Shown: piece by piece, positions 37,962 through 48,653 of the stretch
How positions within the stretch are numbered: the first letter of the stretch is position 1
How the letters are laid out: each line of letters begins with the position of its first letter
Assembly (NCBI GenBank): GCA_048571215.1
Contig: CP182352.1
Span: forward strand, 2,592,001-2,656,000
Source: Halarcobacter sp.
GTDB lineage: Bacteria > Campylobacterota > Campylobacteria > Campylobacterales > Arcobacteraceae
Direction: 5' to 3'
Length of the DNA stretch: 64,000 nt
The notes under the pieces: model-generated
Database searches by the model: none
What the model was told of the DNA's origin: nothing
The model's input: the letters and a program-made list of their open reading frames with translations, nothing else
Position numbers and translations under genes: made by a program

Positions 37962-40625
37962 TTAATTGTCGTCAATATGAACTTTTTCTTCTATTTGAAT
38001 GAATGTTTCGATGTAATCTCCAACCTTGATATCATTGAATTTCTCAAATATAATACCACATTCATAACCATTTGCAACCTCTTTAACATCATCTTTAAAT
38101 CTTTTTAGACTTGAGATTTTACCAGTATATGTTACAACACCATCTCTAATGATTCTTGCATGTCCACCTCTAATAACTTTACCATCAGTAACTAAACATC
38201 CTGCAACTGTTCCAACTTTTGGTACAACAAAAGTATCTCTAACTTCTGCTTGTCCTGTATTTTCTTCTCTAATAACTGCACTCATCATACCTGAAAGTGC
38301 ATCTTTAACATCATCAATCAAATCATAGATAATAGTATAAGTATTAATAGCAACACCATCTGCTTTTGCTTTACTTTTAACAGCCCCTGTTGGTCTTACA
38401 TTAAATCCAAGGATAATACACCCTTCACTAGCACTTGCAAGTACTAAGTCTGATTCTGTAATACCACCAACACCTGCATGGATAACTTTTACTTTTACTT
38501 CTTCATTTTGGATTTTTTCTAATGAACCTTTAATAGCTTCTAAAGAACCACCAACATCAGTTTTAATAATAACTGGAAGTTGTTTGATTTTTCCTTCTGC
38601 TATAAGTCCACTCATCTCTTCAAGTGATACTTTTGTAGATTTACTTAACTCTTTAGCTCTTGCATGTTCAGCTCTAGTTGTAGCAATCTCTCTTGCTTCT
38701 TTATCACTATCTTGAGTAACCATAACCGAACCAGCTGCAGGAACATCATTTAATCCTAGAATATTACCAGTTTCAGATAAACCAAGCTTTTTAACAGCTT
38801 GTCCCATATCATTTGTAATTGCTTTAACTCTACCATAAGTTGTATCACAAACAATATTATCTCCAACTTTTAACTCACCATTTTGAACAATAACAGTCGC
38901 AACTGGACCTCTACCTTTTTCAAGTGAAGACTCAACAACAGTAGCTTTTGCTTTTGCAGTTGGATCAGCTTCAAGCTCCAAAATTTCAGCTTGTAAAAGG
39001 ATGTTTTCAAGTAAATCATCAATACCTTGACCAGTTAATGCAGAAACGCCAATAAACTCAACATCTCCACCCCAATCTACTGGTGTCATCTCTTTTTCAG
39101 CCATTTGTGCTTTTACCATATCAACATTAGCACTCTCTTTATCAATTTTGTTTACTGCAACAATAATTGGACATCCAGAAGCTTTTGCATGAGAGATAAC
39201 CTCTTCAGTTTGTGGTTTAACTCCATCATCAGCAGCAACAACAATGATAATAATATCAGTAACACTAGCACCTCTTAATCTCATAGATGAAAATGCTTCG
39301 TGACCTGGAGTATCTACAAAAGTGATTTTCTCACCATTTTTTTCTATAGTATAAGATGAGATATGTTGTGTAATTCCACCAGCTTCACCTGATGCAATTT
39401 TTGAAGATCTAATTTTATCAAGAAGTGATGTTTTACCATGGTCAACATGTCCCATTATTGTAACCACTGGAGGTCTTTTTACAAAGTTAGTATGATCAAT
39501 CTCTTCATCAAGATACTCTTCAACATAATTAACATCTTCTAAAGCATCTTTTACAGTTACTTCAATATCAAACTCTTCCCCAAGAATCTCTAATTCATCT
39601 TGTTTTAAGAAGTCATTTTTAGTAACCATCATACCAAGACCAAATAATACAGATATTACTTCAGATGGCGACTTACCACAAGCCTCAGCAAATTCATAAA
39701 CTCTGATATCTTCAGGTATTGTTACCTCTGTAATTACTACATCTTCTTTTTGTTGTCTAACTCTTTTTTTCCTTTTACCTCTTTTTAAACCTTGTGGTCT
39801 ATTTCCAAAAGCAGCAGGTTTTGAGCTTCGTGTTTGTTTATTATTGTTATTATTATTTGCAGGTTTTTGATCTTCAAATAGTTTTGATGTATCAGTTAAT
39901 CCCATATCAAGTAAAACAACCTCTTCACCTAATAAAGACTCGTCACTATTATTTGAAAACTCTTTAGGATCTCTTTGTATCTCAATCACCTTGCCATGTT
40001 CATGAGCTTTTGCAATACTTTTCTTTTTTTCTTTTTTCTTAGCATTTGATACTTTTGCATCTTCAGATTTTTTTTCTTGAGTAGAATCTTGTGTATCATT
40101 GTTACCTAAAATCTCACTTAAAGATTTCATTGCTCTTTTTGATTGAGGTTCAGAATTTATTGTATTTTTATTTTCATTAATAGTTTCAGTAGGCTCAGGT
40201 CTAGGTTTTCTTTTTTTGATTATTTTTAAACCTCTTCTCTTAGGTATAATCTTAGAAGGTGAAACAGTTTTTAAAGGTTTTGGCTCTTTTGGTGCCTCTT
40301 TTTTAACTTCACTGTCTTTTTGAGTCTTCTCTTCAGTTTGTGTAGTTGTTTTTACAACTTCTTCTTTTTTAGAGTCAACACTTTTAGTCTCTTCTTTTAT
40401 CTCTTTTTTCTCTTCAGCTTTTTTTATTTTTGCTACTGGTTTTTTAGTAAGTTTCTTACTTTTACCAGTCATTATATAGTTTGCTATCTCTTCTGCATCT
40501 TCAAATGAAACCGCGCTTTGAGGTGATTTAAGATCAATTCCTAAATCTTTAGCTTTCGCTATTACCTCATTACTATTAGCTCCCGCTTCTTCTGCAATTT
40601 CATATACTCTTACATTATCTGACAT
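37962..40625 (-). CDS. infB: Translation initiation factor IF-2
   Basis: [51 protein letters not shown]. Confidence 0.98.
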   Translation of the reverse strand: MSDNVRVYEIAEEAGANSNEVIAKAKDLGIDLKSPQSAVSFEDAEEIANYIMTGKSKKLTKKPVAKIKKAEEKKEIKEETKSVDSKKEEVVKTTTQTEEKTQKDSEVKKEAPKEPKPLKTVSPSKIIPKRRGLKIIKKRKPRPEPTETINENKNTINSEPQSKRAMKSLSEILGNNDTQDSTQEKKSEDAKVSNAKKKEKKKSIAKAHEHGKVIEIQRDPKEFSNNSDESLLGEEVVLLDMGLTDTSKLFEDQKPANNNNNNKQTRSSKPAAFGNRPQGLKRGKRKKRVRQQKEDVVITEVTIPEDIRVYEFAEACGKSPSEVISVLFGLGMMVTKNDFLKQDELEILGEEFDIEVTVKDALEDVNYVEEYLDEEIDHTNFVKRPPVVTIMGHVDHGKTSLLDKIRSSKIASGEAGGITQHISSYTIEKNGEKITFVDTPGHEAFSSMRLRGASVTDIIIIVVAADDGVKPQTEEVISHAKASGCPIIVAVNKIDKESANVDMVKAQMAEKEMTPVDWGGDVEFIGVSALTGQGIDDLLENILLQAEILELEADPTAKAKATVVESSLEKGRGPVATVIVQNGELKVGDNIVCDTTYGRVKAITNDMGQAVKKLGLSETGNILGLNDVPAAGSVMVTQDSDKEAREIATTRAEHARAKELSKSTKVSLEEMSGLIAEGKIKQLPVIIKTDVGGSLEAIKGSLEKIQNEEVKVKVIHAGVGGITESDLVLASASEGCIILGFNVRPTGAVKSKAKADGVAINTYTIIYDLIDDVKDALSGMMSAVIREENTGQAEVRDTFVVPKVGTVAGCLVTDGKVIRGGHARIIRDGVVTYTGKISSLKRFKDDVKEVANGYECGIIFEKFNDIKVGDYIETFIQIEEKVHIDDN

Positions 40626-40893
40626 GCGTTAATATCTCCTTAAGTTGTCCTATGTAGTCATCTTTATTTTTACACTCTCTGAAAAGTGTTTTTTCTATCT
40701 TTTTGTAATCTTTTTGATTGCTTTGTGAATGCTCAATATTAGAAATACAATTACCACAGATATAAAAACTTCTACCATTACCATCAAATGATATAAGTTT
40801 TTTATCTTTACACATTAAACGTACCATCTCATTTTGCTCTAGTTTTGCTCTACAACAAATACACGTTCGTATAGGTTTTTTCAAAATAGTCAA
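40615..40893 (-). CDS. YlxR/DUF448 family protein
   Basis: PIRTCICCR and GRSFYIC motifs, upstream of infB; true start may be the TTG at 40884. Confidence 0.88.
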   Translation of the reverse strand: MTILKKPIRTCICCRAKLEQNEMVRLMCKDKKLISFDGNGRSFYICGNCISNIEHSQSNQKDYKKIEKTLFRECKNKDDYIGQLKEILTHVR

Positions 40894-40927
40894 TATTATA
40901 CCTAAATATAACTTAAATTAGTAAAGT

Positions 40928-41809
40928 TTAATCATCTACTCTAATTCCTTCATTATCAAAGTGAGATGACACAACTCTAAAATGAGGGAATTTTTTCTTT
41001 AATGCATTTTCAATTCTTTGACAATCTTCTTTGTAGCAGATTGAAAAAAGAGTTGAACCTGAACCTGAAAGTGTACTCATTAGCGAACCATTTTGCAATG
41101 ATGTTTTTTGCACATCAAAAAGTTCTGGCATCTGTTTCATTCTATATTCTTGATGAAACCTATCCATTGAAGCAACTTTTAACATATCCCAGTTTTCACT
41201 CATAAATGCTGCTGCCAATAAAGAAGAGTGTGAAATATTATATACTGCATCTTCTTTTGAGTATTTATAAGGTAAGGCCTTTCTTGCCATATGTGTAGAG
41301 ATTGGTCTATTTGGGATAACAACAACAGCTCTTAAACTGTTTGGCATACTTTTTTTTATATAATTTACTTCATTATCTTTTACTGTTGCTACATTAAATC
41401 CACCCATGACAGCTGGTGTAATATTATCTGGATGATGTTCATAAGCCAAAGCTAAATTAAGTAATTTATCTTTTGCTAACTTTATGCCTTCTATTGCGTA
41501 TGCACTTGCAATCGCACTAACTATAACAGCAGATGAACTTCCTAAACCTCTTGAAAGTGGTATTTCATTTACAAATTCAAACCTAAAGTGTCTTTTTTTA
41601 TGTGATAAATTAAAATAAAAATCATTAAAAATTGAGATAAACATATTATTATCTTTTAGTGCGGGATTATTTGCTCCCTCACCTTTTAATGAAACACTAT
41701 GAAATTTTGATGGTTTAATTATTACTTGATTTTTAAGTCCAATTGCTAAACCTAAAGTATCAAATCCTGGTCCTAAATTTGCACTTGTCGCGGGAACACT
41801 TATTCTCAC
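40928..41809 (-). CDS. thrB: Homoserine kinase
   Basis: [37 protein letters not shown]. Confidence 0.97.
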   Translation of the reverse strand: MRISVPATSANLGPGFDTLGLAIGLKNQVIIKPSKFHSVSLKGEGANNPALKDNNMFISIFNDFYFNLSHKKRHFRFEFVNEIPLSRGLGSSSAVIVSAIASAYAIEGIKLAKDKLLNLALAYEHHPDNITPAVMGGFNVATVKDNEVNYIKKSMPNSLRAVVVIPNRPISTHMARKALPYKYSKEDAVYNISHSSLLAAAFMSENWDMLKVASMDRFHQEYRMKQMPELFDVQKTSLQNGSLMSTLSGSGSTLFSICYKEDCQRIENALKKKFPHFRVVSSHFDNEGIRVDD

Positions 41810-41819
41810 TATTTTCCTT

Positions 41820-42272
41820 TTACACTGCTGGCAGATTATATATTGGTAATGTTTCTAAAGAGTATTTTAAACTATTTAAAACATTAGGCAATTTAAAGTC
41901 GTGTATCTTACTGTTATTTTCTAAAAAATCTACTTTAACGTTTTCATCTTCATTGATAAAATATTTTTTTCCTAAAGCTTTTATAGGTGAGTTTTGATTA
42001 AATAAAAACCCACTACAGGCTCTTAGTTCAATTTTATTCACTATAGATATAGTTTTTAAAAAAACATATGAAACCTTTATAGACATATAAGAACCTGGAG
42101 TATTTACATAATATATTATATCTATTTTATACTCTTTTAATATCTCTTCAAATACAAGAGGCAATACCTCTGAGGTCATACCACTATTTTCATATGTTTT
42201 AATAAGATTTTTATTTTCATAAATACCTATTAATAATGGTTGTGAAATACTTATAACTAAAACTTCTATCAA
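41820..42272 (-). CDS. TsaB-like (glycoprotease family) protein
   Basis: SEVLP and PGSYMSIK motifs; conserved position between lpxC and thrB. Confidence 0.75.
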   Translation of the reverse strand: MIEVLVISISQPLLIGIYENKNLIKTYENSGMTSEVLPLVFEEILKEYKIDIIYYVNTPGSYMSIKVSYVFLKTISIVNKIELRACSGFLFNQNSPIKALGKKYFINEDENVKVDFLENNSKIHDFKLPNVLNSLKYSLETLPIYNLPAV

Positions 42273-42281
42273 TAAAAAACC

Positions 42282-43184
42282 TTAACTTTCCACTTTAGAG
42301 TATGCCATTTCAAACACTTCAGCCTCTTTTGAAGCCTCTTCTAAATCTATTATTTCATAATTTTCTTCATTTTCATAAAGTTTTTTTGTAAGAAGATGAT
42401 TTAGATGGTGGCTTCCTGCATGGGCACCATATTCACCAACTAAAGTATATCCCAATAAAGCCATATCACCTATGGCGTCTAAAATTTTATGCCTTACAAA
42501 CTCATCATCATATCTAAGTCCTTCAGGATTTAAAACCTTGGTTTGGTCTAATACAATTGCATTTTCCATACTACCACCCAAAGCTAGTCCCATACTTCTT
42601 AAATATTGAACTTCATGCAAAAATCCAAAAGTTCTTGCCCGACTTATATTCTCTTTATATTCAGAGATTGAATAATCAAAATGAAAATTTTGTTTACCAA
42701 TTGCTGGATGTTCAAAATCAATTGAGAAATCATAGATAATATGATTTGATGGTTTTAAAGCTACCCTTTTACCATCCACTAAAACCTCAACTTCTTTTTT
42801 CACTTTAATTGCTTTCTTAGAACTTTCTAACTCTTTTATTCCCGCTTCATCTATTAACATACAATAACCTGAAGAACTACCATCAAGTACGGGAACTTCG
42901 TCATTGTCTATAATAACTCTTAGATTATCAATTCCATAAGCATAAACAGCAGATAAAAGATGTTCAATAGTTGAAACCACCACTCCATCCTTGCCTATTA
43001 CTGTAGCCATTTTTGTATCAACTACATTTTCTATTTTCAGCGGAATAGTTACCCCTGCATCACTTCTGTAAAAGATTATTCCCATATTAGAATCCAAAGG
43101 TTCTAATCTCATTTTTACAGGAACACCTTTATGAAGTCCAATTCCTACTATATCAACACTTTTTGCTATTGTTCTTTGTCTCAT
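42282..43184 (-). CDS. lpxC: UDP-3-O-acyl-GlcNAc deacetylase
   Basis: QRTI, GIGLHKG, TIEHLLSA, ARTFGF, RHKILDAIGD. Confidence 0.97.
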   Translation of the reverse strand: MRQRTIAKSVDIVGIGLHKGVPVKMRLEPLDSNMGIIFYRSDAGVTIPLKIENVVDTKMATVIGKDGVVVSTIEHLLSAVYAYGIDNLRVIIDNDEVPVLDGSSSGYCMLIDEAGIKELESSKKAIKVKKEVEVLVDGKRVALKPSNHIIYDFSIDFEHPAIGKQNFHFDYSISEYKENISRARTFGFLHEVQYLRSMGLALGGSMENAIVLDQTKVLNPEGLRYDDEFVRHKILDAIGDMALLGYTLVGEYGAHAGSHHLNHLLTKKLYENEENYEIIDLEEASKEAEVFEMAYSKVES

Positions 43185-44548
43185 TTGCTATTAATAACCT
43201 TCTTAGCATCACTTAATATATCAGTAATTCTTGTTTTTATCCAGTTTCTATCCATCCACTCTACTGGATTTACTTCAATCCCTTGAACTAAAACTCCAAA
43301 ATGTAAATGGTCTCCAAAAACAGCACCTGTACTACCTGTATGTGCTATTTTATCTCCCCTATTTATTTTTTCACCAACATTGGTTAAAAATCTACTTGTA
43401 TGGGCATATAAAGTTTGCAAACCCCAACCGTGATCAACTATTAAAGTATTTCCATAAATACCTAGATAATCTGAAAATATAACCTCTCCACCATTTGATA
43501 TAGTAATTGTAGCATGTTTTATACTTGCCCAATCCATACCTAGATGCCAAGCTTCATCTATTTTTTGATCATCATAGAAGTATTCTCTTCTTTCTGCAAA
43601 CCCTGCAAAAGTTTTTGAGTTTCTTAATCTTTTAAAAGCTTTTATATTAAAATTATTAACTTTTTGTTTTGACATTTTTTCTAAAGAGACTTCTCTTATT
43701 TTATTAACATTTGCCTCTCTTAACTCTCTGTTTTGTTTAATAAAAATCTCTGCATTGTTTGAAGGGATATTTAGATTACTTTGTTGAAGTACAGGAACTG
43801 ATACTTTATTTATAAAATTTTCTGAGATATTTATCTTGTCATTTTTTATTTTTAAATCTTTTATATATAAAGGTACCTTAGATATGGTAGTGTTTTTTGC
43901 CTTATCAATTGCTATTAAGTTAACTCGTTCAAAATCCTCAACTCCAACTGGCCAAGCAATAATTGCAACATAATAGCCATCTTTTAAATAAGGAATTAAT
44001 TCAAATCTATATTTATCATTAAATGATATATAAAAATCTTGTAGATTTTTATCTTTTACTTCAACAACAACTGCTGCACTTCCACCTCTTCTTATATTGT
44101 ATGAGTTTCTAATTACATTTGCAATAGGTCTTGTTCTATCTATAACTAAATCAAAACTCTTAACTGTTTTATTTCCATTGAAAAAATTCCAACTACTATT
44201 ATCAACAACCTCAATAGTTAATTGGATTTTTTCAACACCTTTTGGTAAAGAAATACCATCTATATCAAAAACCAAATCTTGAAGTTTTGAGTTTATTTGT
44301 GCACTTTTTACAAGTTCATTTGTAGCACCATTTTTATAATAAACTCTATAAAACTTTATACCACTTTCATCATTTAGTTTTACTCTTAACTTATCTTTTA
44401 AATTCCAATATCCATTACTTTGTAATTCAACTTTTGGTGCATTTTTTTCAAATTTTGGTGAAAAATATACAAATACAACCGCTGCTGTTATCAATAATAA
44501 AAACATTATCACTAAAATATTTGTTATCTTATTCTTTTGTCGTCTCAA
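43181..44548 (-). CDS. M23 family metallopeptidase
   Basis: N-terminal TM, HLGMD, YGN..IVDHG, YAH, HLHFG. Confidence 0.92.
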   Translation of the reverse strand: MRRQKNKITNILVIMFLLLITAAVVFVYFSPKFEKNAPKVELQSNGYWNLKDKLRVKLNDESGIKFYRVYYKNGATNELVKSAQINSKLQDLVFDIDGISLPKGVEKIQLTIEVVDNSSWNFFNGNKTVKSFDLVIDRTRPIANVIRNSYNIRRGGSAAVVVEVKDKNLQDFYISFNDKYRFELIPYLKDGYYVAIIAWPVGVEDFERVNLIAIDKAKNTTISKVPLYIKDLKIKNDKINISENFINKVSVPVLQQSNLNIPSNNAEIFIKQNRELREANVNKIREVSLEKMSKQKVNNFNIKAFKRLRNSKTFAGFAERREYFYDDQKIDEAWHLGMDWASIKHATITISNGGEVIFSDYLGIYGNTLIVDHGWGLQTLYAHTSRFLTNVGEKINRGDKIAHTGSTGAVFGDHLHFGVLVQGIEVNPVEWMDRNWIKTRITDILSDAKKVINSK

Positions 44549-45518
44549 GAATCTCCTTTAATACTACTTCTTTTGCTTCATCTAAATCTAAAGTTTCTAT
44601 GGAAAACCCAGCTGCATTTAGGTGTCCACCACCATCAAACCTCTTTGCAACTGCTGATACATCAATACTATCTTTTGAACGAATTGATACTCTAACTTTG
44701 CCATCTGATATTCTTAGAAAAAAAGCTATTTTAACTATACCTATACTTAATACCATATCTAACACAACTTCTGTGTCTCTTGCTTGTGCTCCACTCTCTT
44801 GTAACCATACTGGTCTAGCTAAGATTGAAGCTATGGCTCCTTCATTATAAAGCTCTAAACTATCCAAAACTTTTGGTATAGCTCTATATTTTGCTAAAGA
44901 ATCCCTTCTAACCAGTTTATTTGCTATTGCCGATGGATTTGCCCCACATTTAACTAAAAAATTTACCTTTTCAAAAGTTAACTCATCACATCTATTTATA
45001 GTAAAAGCTAAAGAATCATCATATATACCTACATAAAGCGCTGTTGCTGTATGTTTTGTAATATACAAACCGTTAAATTTGAAAAAATCATACACAACTT
45101 CTGCCGTTGAACTTTTTTCATAATTTACTATATTTATAAGACCAAAATTGTTATTTGATTGATGATGATCTATATTTATTAATGGAACATTCCCATCTAA
45201 CTCAAAACCAAATCTATTTACACTTCCACAATCAACACTAATAGCCAAATCAAAAAACTTTGGCATTACATTTGTTATTTTTTCATATCTTTGAATAAAA
45301 TCTAAATTACGAGGTAAGTTATCACTTATATTAAAAACTTTATGTTTGATTTTATTCTCTGCTAAAAAATTAGAAAGTGCCAAAGCAGATGATATTGTAT
45401 CCGCATCAGGATTCATATGAGTAATAATAAGTATATACCTACTCTTTTCTATCAAATCCAAGGCATCTTTGTATGAAGATAAATCAAGTTTATTATCCAC
45501 TATAAAATCTTTTTTCAT
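44529..45518 (-). CDS. DHH/DHHA1 phosphoesterase (NrnA-like)
   Basis: HMNPDAD, NIDHH, SSTAE, GGGHLNAAG. Confidence 0.92.
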   Translation of the reverse strand: MKKDFIVDNKLDLSSYKDALDLIEKSRYILIITHMNPDADTISSALALSNFLAENKIKHKVFNISDNLPRNLDFIQRYEKITNVMPKFFDLAISVDCGSVNRFGFELDGNVPLINIDHHQSNNNFGLINIVNYEKSSTAEVVYDFFKFNGLYITKHTATALYVGIYDDSLAFTINRCDELTFEKVNFLVKCGANPSAIANKLVRRDSLAKYRAIPKVLDSLELYNEGAIASILARPVWLQESGAQARDTEVVLDMVLSIGIVKIAFFLRISDGKVRVSIRSKDSIDVSAVAKRFDGGGHLNAAGFSIETLDLDEAKEVVLKEILETTKE

Positions 45519-45562
45519 CTTTTAATTATGCCTTTGTTTCATTAACCAATAGTAAATACTTT

Positions 45563-46384
45563 CTAGTCAAATTTCATAGAAAAATCTAGCCATGTAGCTT
45601 GATGAATAATACTTCCACTACTTAAAGCATCAACCCCTGTCAAAGCAAACTCTCTAACAGTACTTAATGAGATATTCCCACTAGCTTCCAATAATACATG
45701 GGGATGATATTCATCCCTAAATTTAACCACATCTTTAATCTGTTCAGTAGTCATATTATCACACATTATAATATCAGCTCCCGATTCCATTGCTTCTTTT
45801 ACTTGCTCAAAGGTTTCACTTTCTATTTCTATTTTTGTAACCCAAGAGATTCTTTTTCTTGCATCTTTGATAAACGCTTTTAAATCTGTTATTGTTCTAA
45901 GGTGTGTATCTTTTAACATCAAACAATCATCAAGTCCAAGTCTATGATTGATAGCTCCACCTATTCTACTTGCATATTTTTCAAAATCTCTAAGTTGTGG
46001 TCTAGTTTTTCTAGTATCCAATAAAGCTACATTTAAATCTTCAATTTGTGAAGCAAACTTATTTGCCATAGTTGCAATACCACTTGCATGTTGAAGCATA
46101 TTTAAAAAAGTTCTTTCACTTGAAAGTAAAATAGAAGCTTTCCCCTCTAACTTTGCAATAACATCACCTTTTTGGAGCTTATCCCCATCATGCTTTAAAA
46201 ACTTACATTCAAACTTTTCTGTTTTTGCCAAAGCTTTTGCATACAATTCACCTGCAAAAATTCCTGCGTCTTTAGAGATAACTTTTGCTGTATATTTTCC
46301 TTTTGGGGCTATATCAAAAAATAAATCACCCCTACCATTATCTTCTATAATAGCATTTTTTACAAACTTTTTAATATTTATCAT
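45563..46384 (-). CDS. nadC: Nicotinate-nucleotide pyrophosphorylase
   Basis: ERTFLN, DTRKT, NHRLGLDD, KDTH, EASGNI; start MINIK overlaps the nadA stop (ATGA). Confidence 0.96.
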   Translation of the reverse strand: MINIKKFVKNAIIEDNGRGDLFFDIAPKGKYTAKVISKDAGIFAGELYAKALAKTEKFECKFLKHDGDKLQKGDVIAKLEGKASILLSSERTFLNMLQHASGIATMANKFASQIEDLNVALLDTRKTRPQLRDFEKYASRIGGAINHRLGLDDCLMLKDTHLRTITDLKAFIKDARKRISWVTKIEIESETFEQVKEAMESGADIIMCDNMTTEQIKDVVKFRDEYHPHVLLEASGNISLSTVREFALTGVDALSSGSIIHQATWLDFSMKFD

Positions 46385-47370
46385 ACTTCTAGCATCCTCT
46401 CTAAAGCAATTTTTGCCCATTTTCTTACATTGTCATCAACTTTTATTAATGTTTCTTCATTGATAGTATTATCTTCAATTGATTTTAATGTTTTATATAC
46501 ATCTTCTAAAGTTGTTTCGTTCATAGTAGGACACTCTGGTTTTGTTGAACTTAAGATATATGTATTTTTTTCTCTTAATCTATTTACCATATTATATTCA
46601 GTTCCCACAACTACCTTTTGTTCTAATGGGAGTTTTTTAATATACTCTATTAATTGAGAAGTTGAACCAACAAAATCTGCCATATCACAAATAGCAGGAT
46701 CACACTCAGGATGTACTGCAACTAAAATATCTGGATATTTATTTCTATAAAACTCCACATCTTCTGTAGTAAATAGTTGATGGACAGAACAAAAACCATT
46801 ATAACAAATAATATCTGCTTCATTTAAATTAGTTCCATCACCCACTACTGCTGATTTTAGATTTAGTGATTTTGCAAAGTTTTGCCCTAAACACCTATCT
46901 GGTACAAAAAATATTTTTTTGCCAGACTCCAAACCTTTTTGGATAATTTTATAGGCATTTGAAGAGGTACAAACCATTCCACCAAGCTGTCCAACCTTTG
47001 CTTTAACAGCAGCACTTGAATTGATATAAGTTATTGGTAAAATATCTTCATTTTTAATCCCAGCTTCATTTATTTGCTTTAGATTTTGTTCAAAATATCC
47101 CTCATCTATCATCCTAGCCATTGCACAGCAAGCAATTTTTGGCATAAGAACAGTTTTTTCAGGACTCAATACCTTCACACTTTCACCCATAAATCCTACA
47201 CCACAAAAAACAATATATTTTGAAGTGCTTTCCTTGGCTTTTCTTGCCAATTCTAAAGAGTCTCCCGTAATATCAGCTAAGTCAAACACTTCATCTCTTT
47301 GATAAAAGTGTGCAACAAGTGTAACATCAAGCTCTTTTTTTAATCGTAATATCTCTTCTTTTAAATTCAA
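46381..47370 (-). CDS. nadA: Quinolinate synthase
   Basis: AHFYQ, GDSLELA, CGVGFMGE, YINSSA, CSVH, HPEC, CPTM. Confidence 0.96.
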   Translation of the reverse strand: MNLKEEILRLKKELDVTLVAHFYQRDEVFDLADITGDSLELARKAKESTSKYIVFCGVGFMGESVKVLSPEKTVLMPKIACCAMARMIDEGYFEQNLKQINEAGIKNEDILPITYINSSAAVKAKVGQLGGMVCTSSNAYKIIQKGLESGKKIFFVPDRCLGQNFAKSLNLKSAVVGDGTNLNEADIICYNGFCSVHQLFTTEDVEFYRNKYPDILVAVHPECDPAICDMADFVGSTSQLIEYIKKLPLEQKVVVGTEYNMVNRLREKNTYILSSTKPECPTMNETTLEDVYKTLKSIEDNTINEETLIKVDDNVRKWAKIALERMLEV

Positions 47371-47485
47371 TGTAAACCTTTAGAATTAAATAAATCATCA
47401 CTTATATAAATTAAAAGGGAATATAACAAAATTTTAGTTATAATCCATTTAATTAAAATTAACAAATTATTTCATAAGGTTTCAA

Positions 47486-48109
47486 ATGGATTTTTTACTA
47501 AATTTCAATATCTTGTTTTATCTGATAGCATACTTAGCAGGTTCAATACCTTTTGGACTTTTATTGGCAAAAATATTTGCAAATGTAAACATAAAAGAGC
47601 AAGGTAGTAAAAGTATAGGTGCAACAAATGTTTTAAGAGTTGTAAAAGAAAAAGACCCAAAATTAGCAAAAAAACTAAGTGTTGCTACTGTTATTTTAGA
47701 TGCACTTAAAGGTGCTATTATTTTACTAGTAGCCTTAGCTTTAGATGCTTCTGCTTCAACCCTTTGGGCTATTGCAGTTTTGAGTGTTTTAGGGCATTGT
47801 TACTCTATATTTTTAGGATTAGATGGTGGGAAAGGGGTTGCCACAGGACTTGGTGTATTTTTAGTTCTTATTCCAATACCTACTTTAATAGGAGCTGTTG
47901 TTTGGATATTTTGTGCTAAAGTTTTAAAAATATCATCTCTATCTTCACTTTTAGGATTAACAGCGGTTGTAATTGCAGCTATTCTACTTAACAATGGTTT
48001 AGATGTTGAAAGTAATGCACCTATGTATTTTATAGCATTTATTATCTATTATAAACATATACCAAATTTAGTAAGACTTGTAAAAGGGGAAGAGAAAAGA
48101 GTTGTATAA
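47486..48109 (+). CDS. plsY: Glycerol-3-phosphate acyltransferase
   Basis: GSIPFG, GATNVLR, GGKGVAT, HIPNLVRL. Confidence 0.96.
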   Translation: MDFLLNFNILFYLIAYLAGSIPFGLLLAKIFANVNIKEQGSKSIGATNVLRVVKEKDPKLAKKLSVATVILDALKGAIILLVALALDASASTLWAIAVLSVLGHCYSIFLGLDGGKGVATGLGVFLVLIPIPTLIGAVVWIFCAKVLKISSLSSLLGLTAVVIAAILLNNGLDVESNAPMYFIAFIIYYKHIPNLVRLVKGEEKRVV

Positions 48110-48141
48110 AACTCATTTCTCTTTATTAAAATTTAACAAGA

Positions 48142-48459
48142 ATGAAAATTTGTATAGAAAACCTAAGTTTCAATACTATAATTGGAATACTTCCCTTTGA
48201 AAGGGAAAATCCCCAAGAAGTTATAATAAACCTTTCATTTAAATACAAATTCAAAACTGCTAATAGTTTTATAGATTATTCTATTATTGCAAATGAGATT
48301 GAAGCTATCTTTAAAAAAGAAAAATTTGAACTTTTAGAAGATTCTATTATCTATATAGAAAAATATCTTCAAAAAAAATATCCCATAAAAAAACTTAAAA
48401 TAAAAGTATCTAAACCAAATATTTTAACAAATTGTATAGTTTCTTTAAAAAACAAATAA
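48142..48459 (+). CDS. folB: Dihydroneopterin aldolase
   Basis: IIGILPFER..PQ, IDYS, FELLED, KPNI. Confidence 0.85.
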   Translation: MKICIENLSFNTIIGILPFERENPQEVIINLSFKYKFKTANSFIDYSIIANEIEAIFKKEKFELLEDSIIYIEKYLQKKYPIKKLKIKVSKPNILTNCIVSLKNK

Positions 48460-48551
48460 AAAGAAAAAAAGATAATTTAAAAATAAACTTAAATTTCCCA
48501 TGAAATCCCTTTATTGAGGTTAATTTAAGAAAACTTTAATATTTACTCATG

Positions 48552-48653
48552 TAGAATTTGCATAACGGTCTACTGGAAAGTACCTAAGATAAATTCTTAG
48601 GTTGTTCGCGCGTCCAGTTCACTGATTATAAATTTCGAAATTTAGGAGAACAA
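48552..48653 (+). promoter_or_regulatory. -10 box and structured 5' UTR of the major porin gene
   Basis: TAGAAT at 48552-48557; nested stems actgga/tccagt and acctaaga/tcttaggt; hairpin taaatt-tcga-aattta overlapping the first base of the AGGAG SD. Confidence 0.6.
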
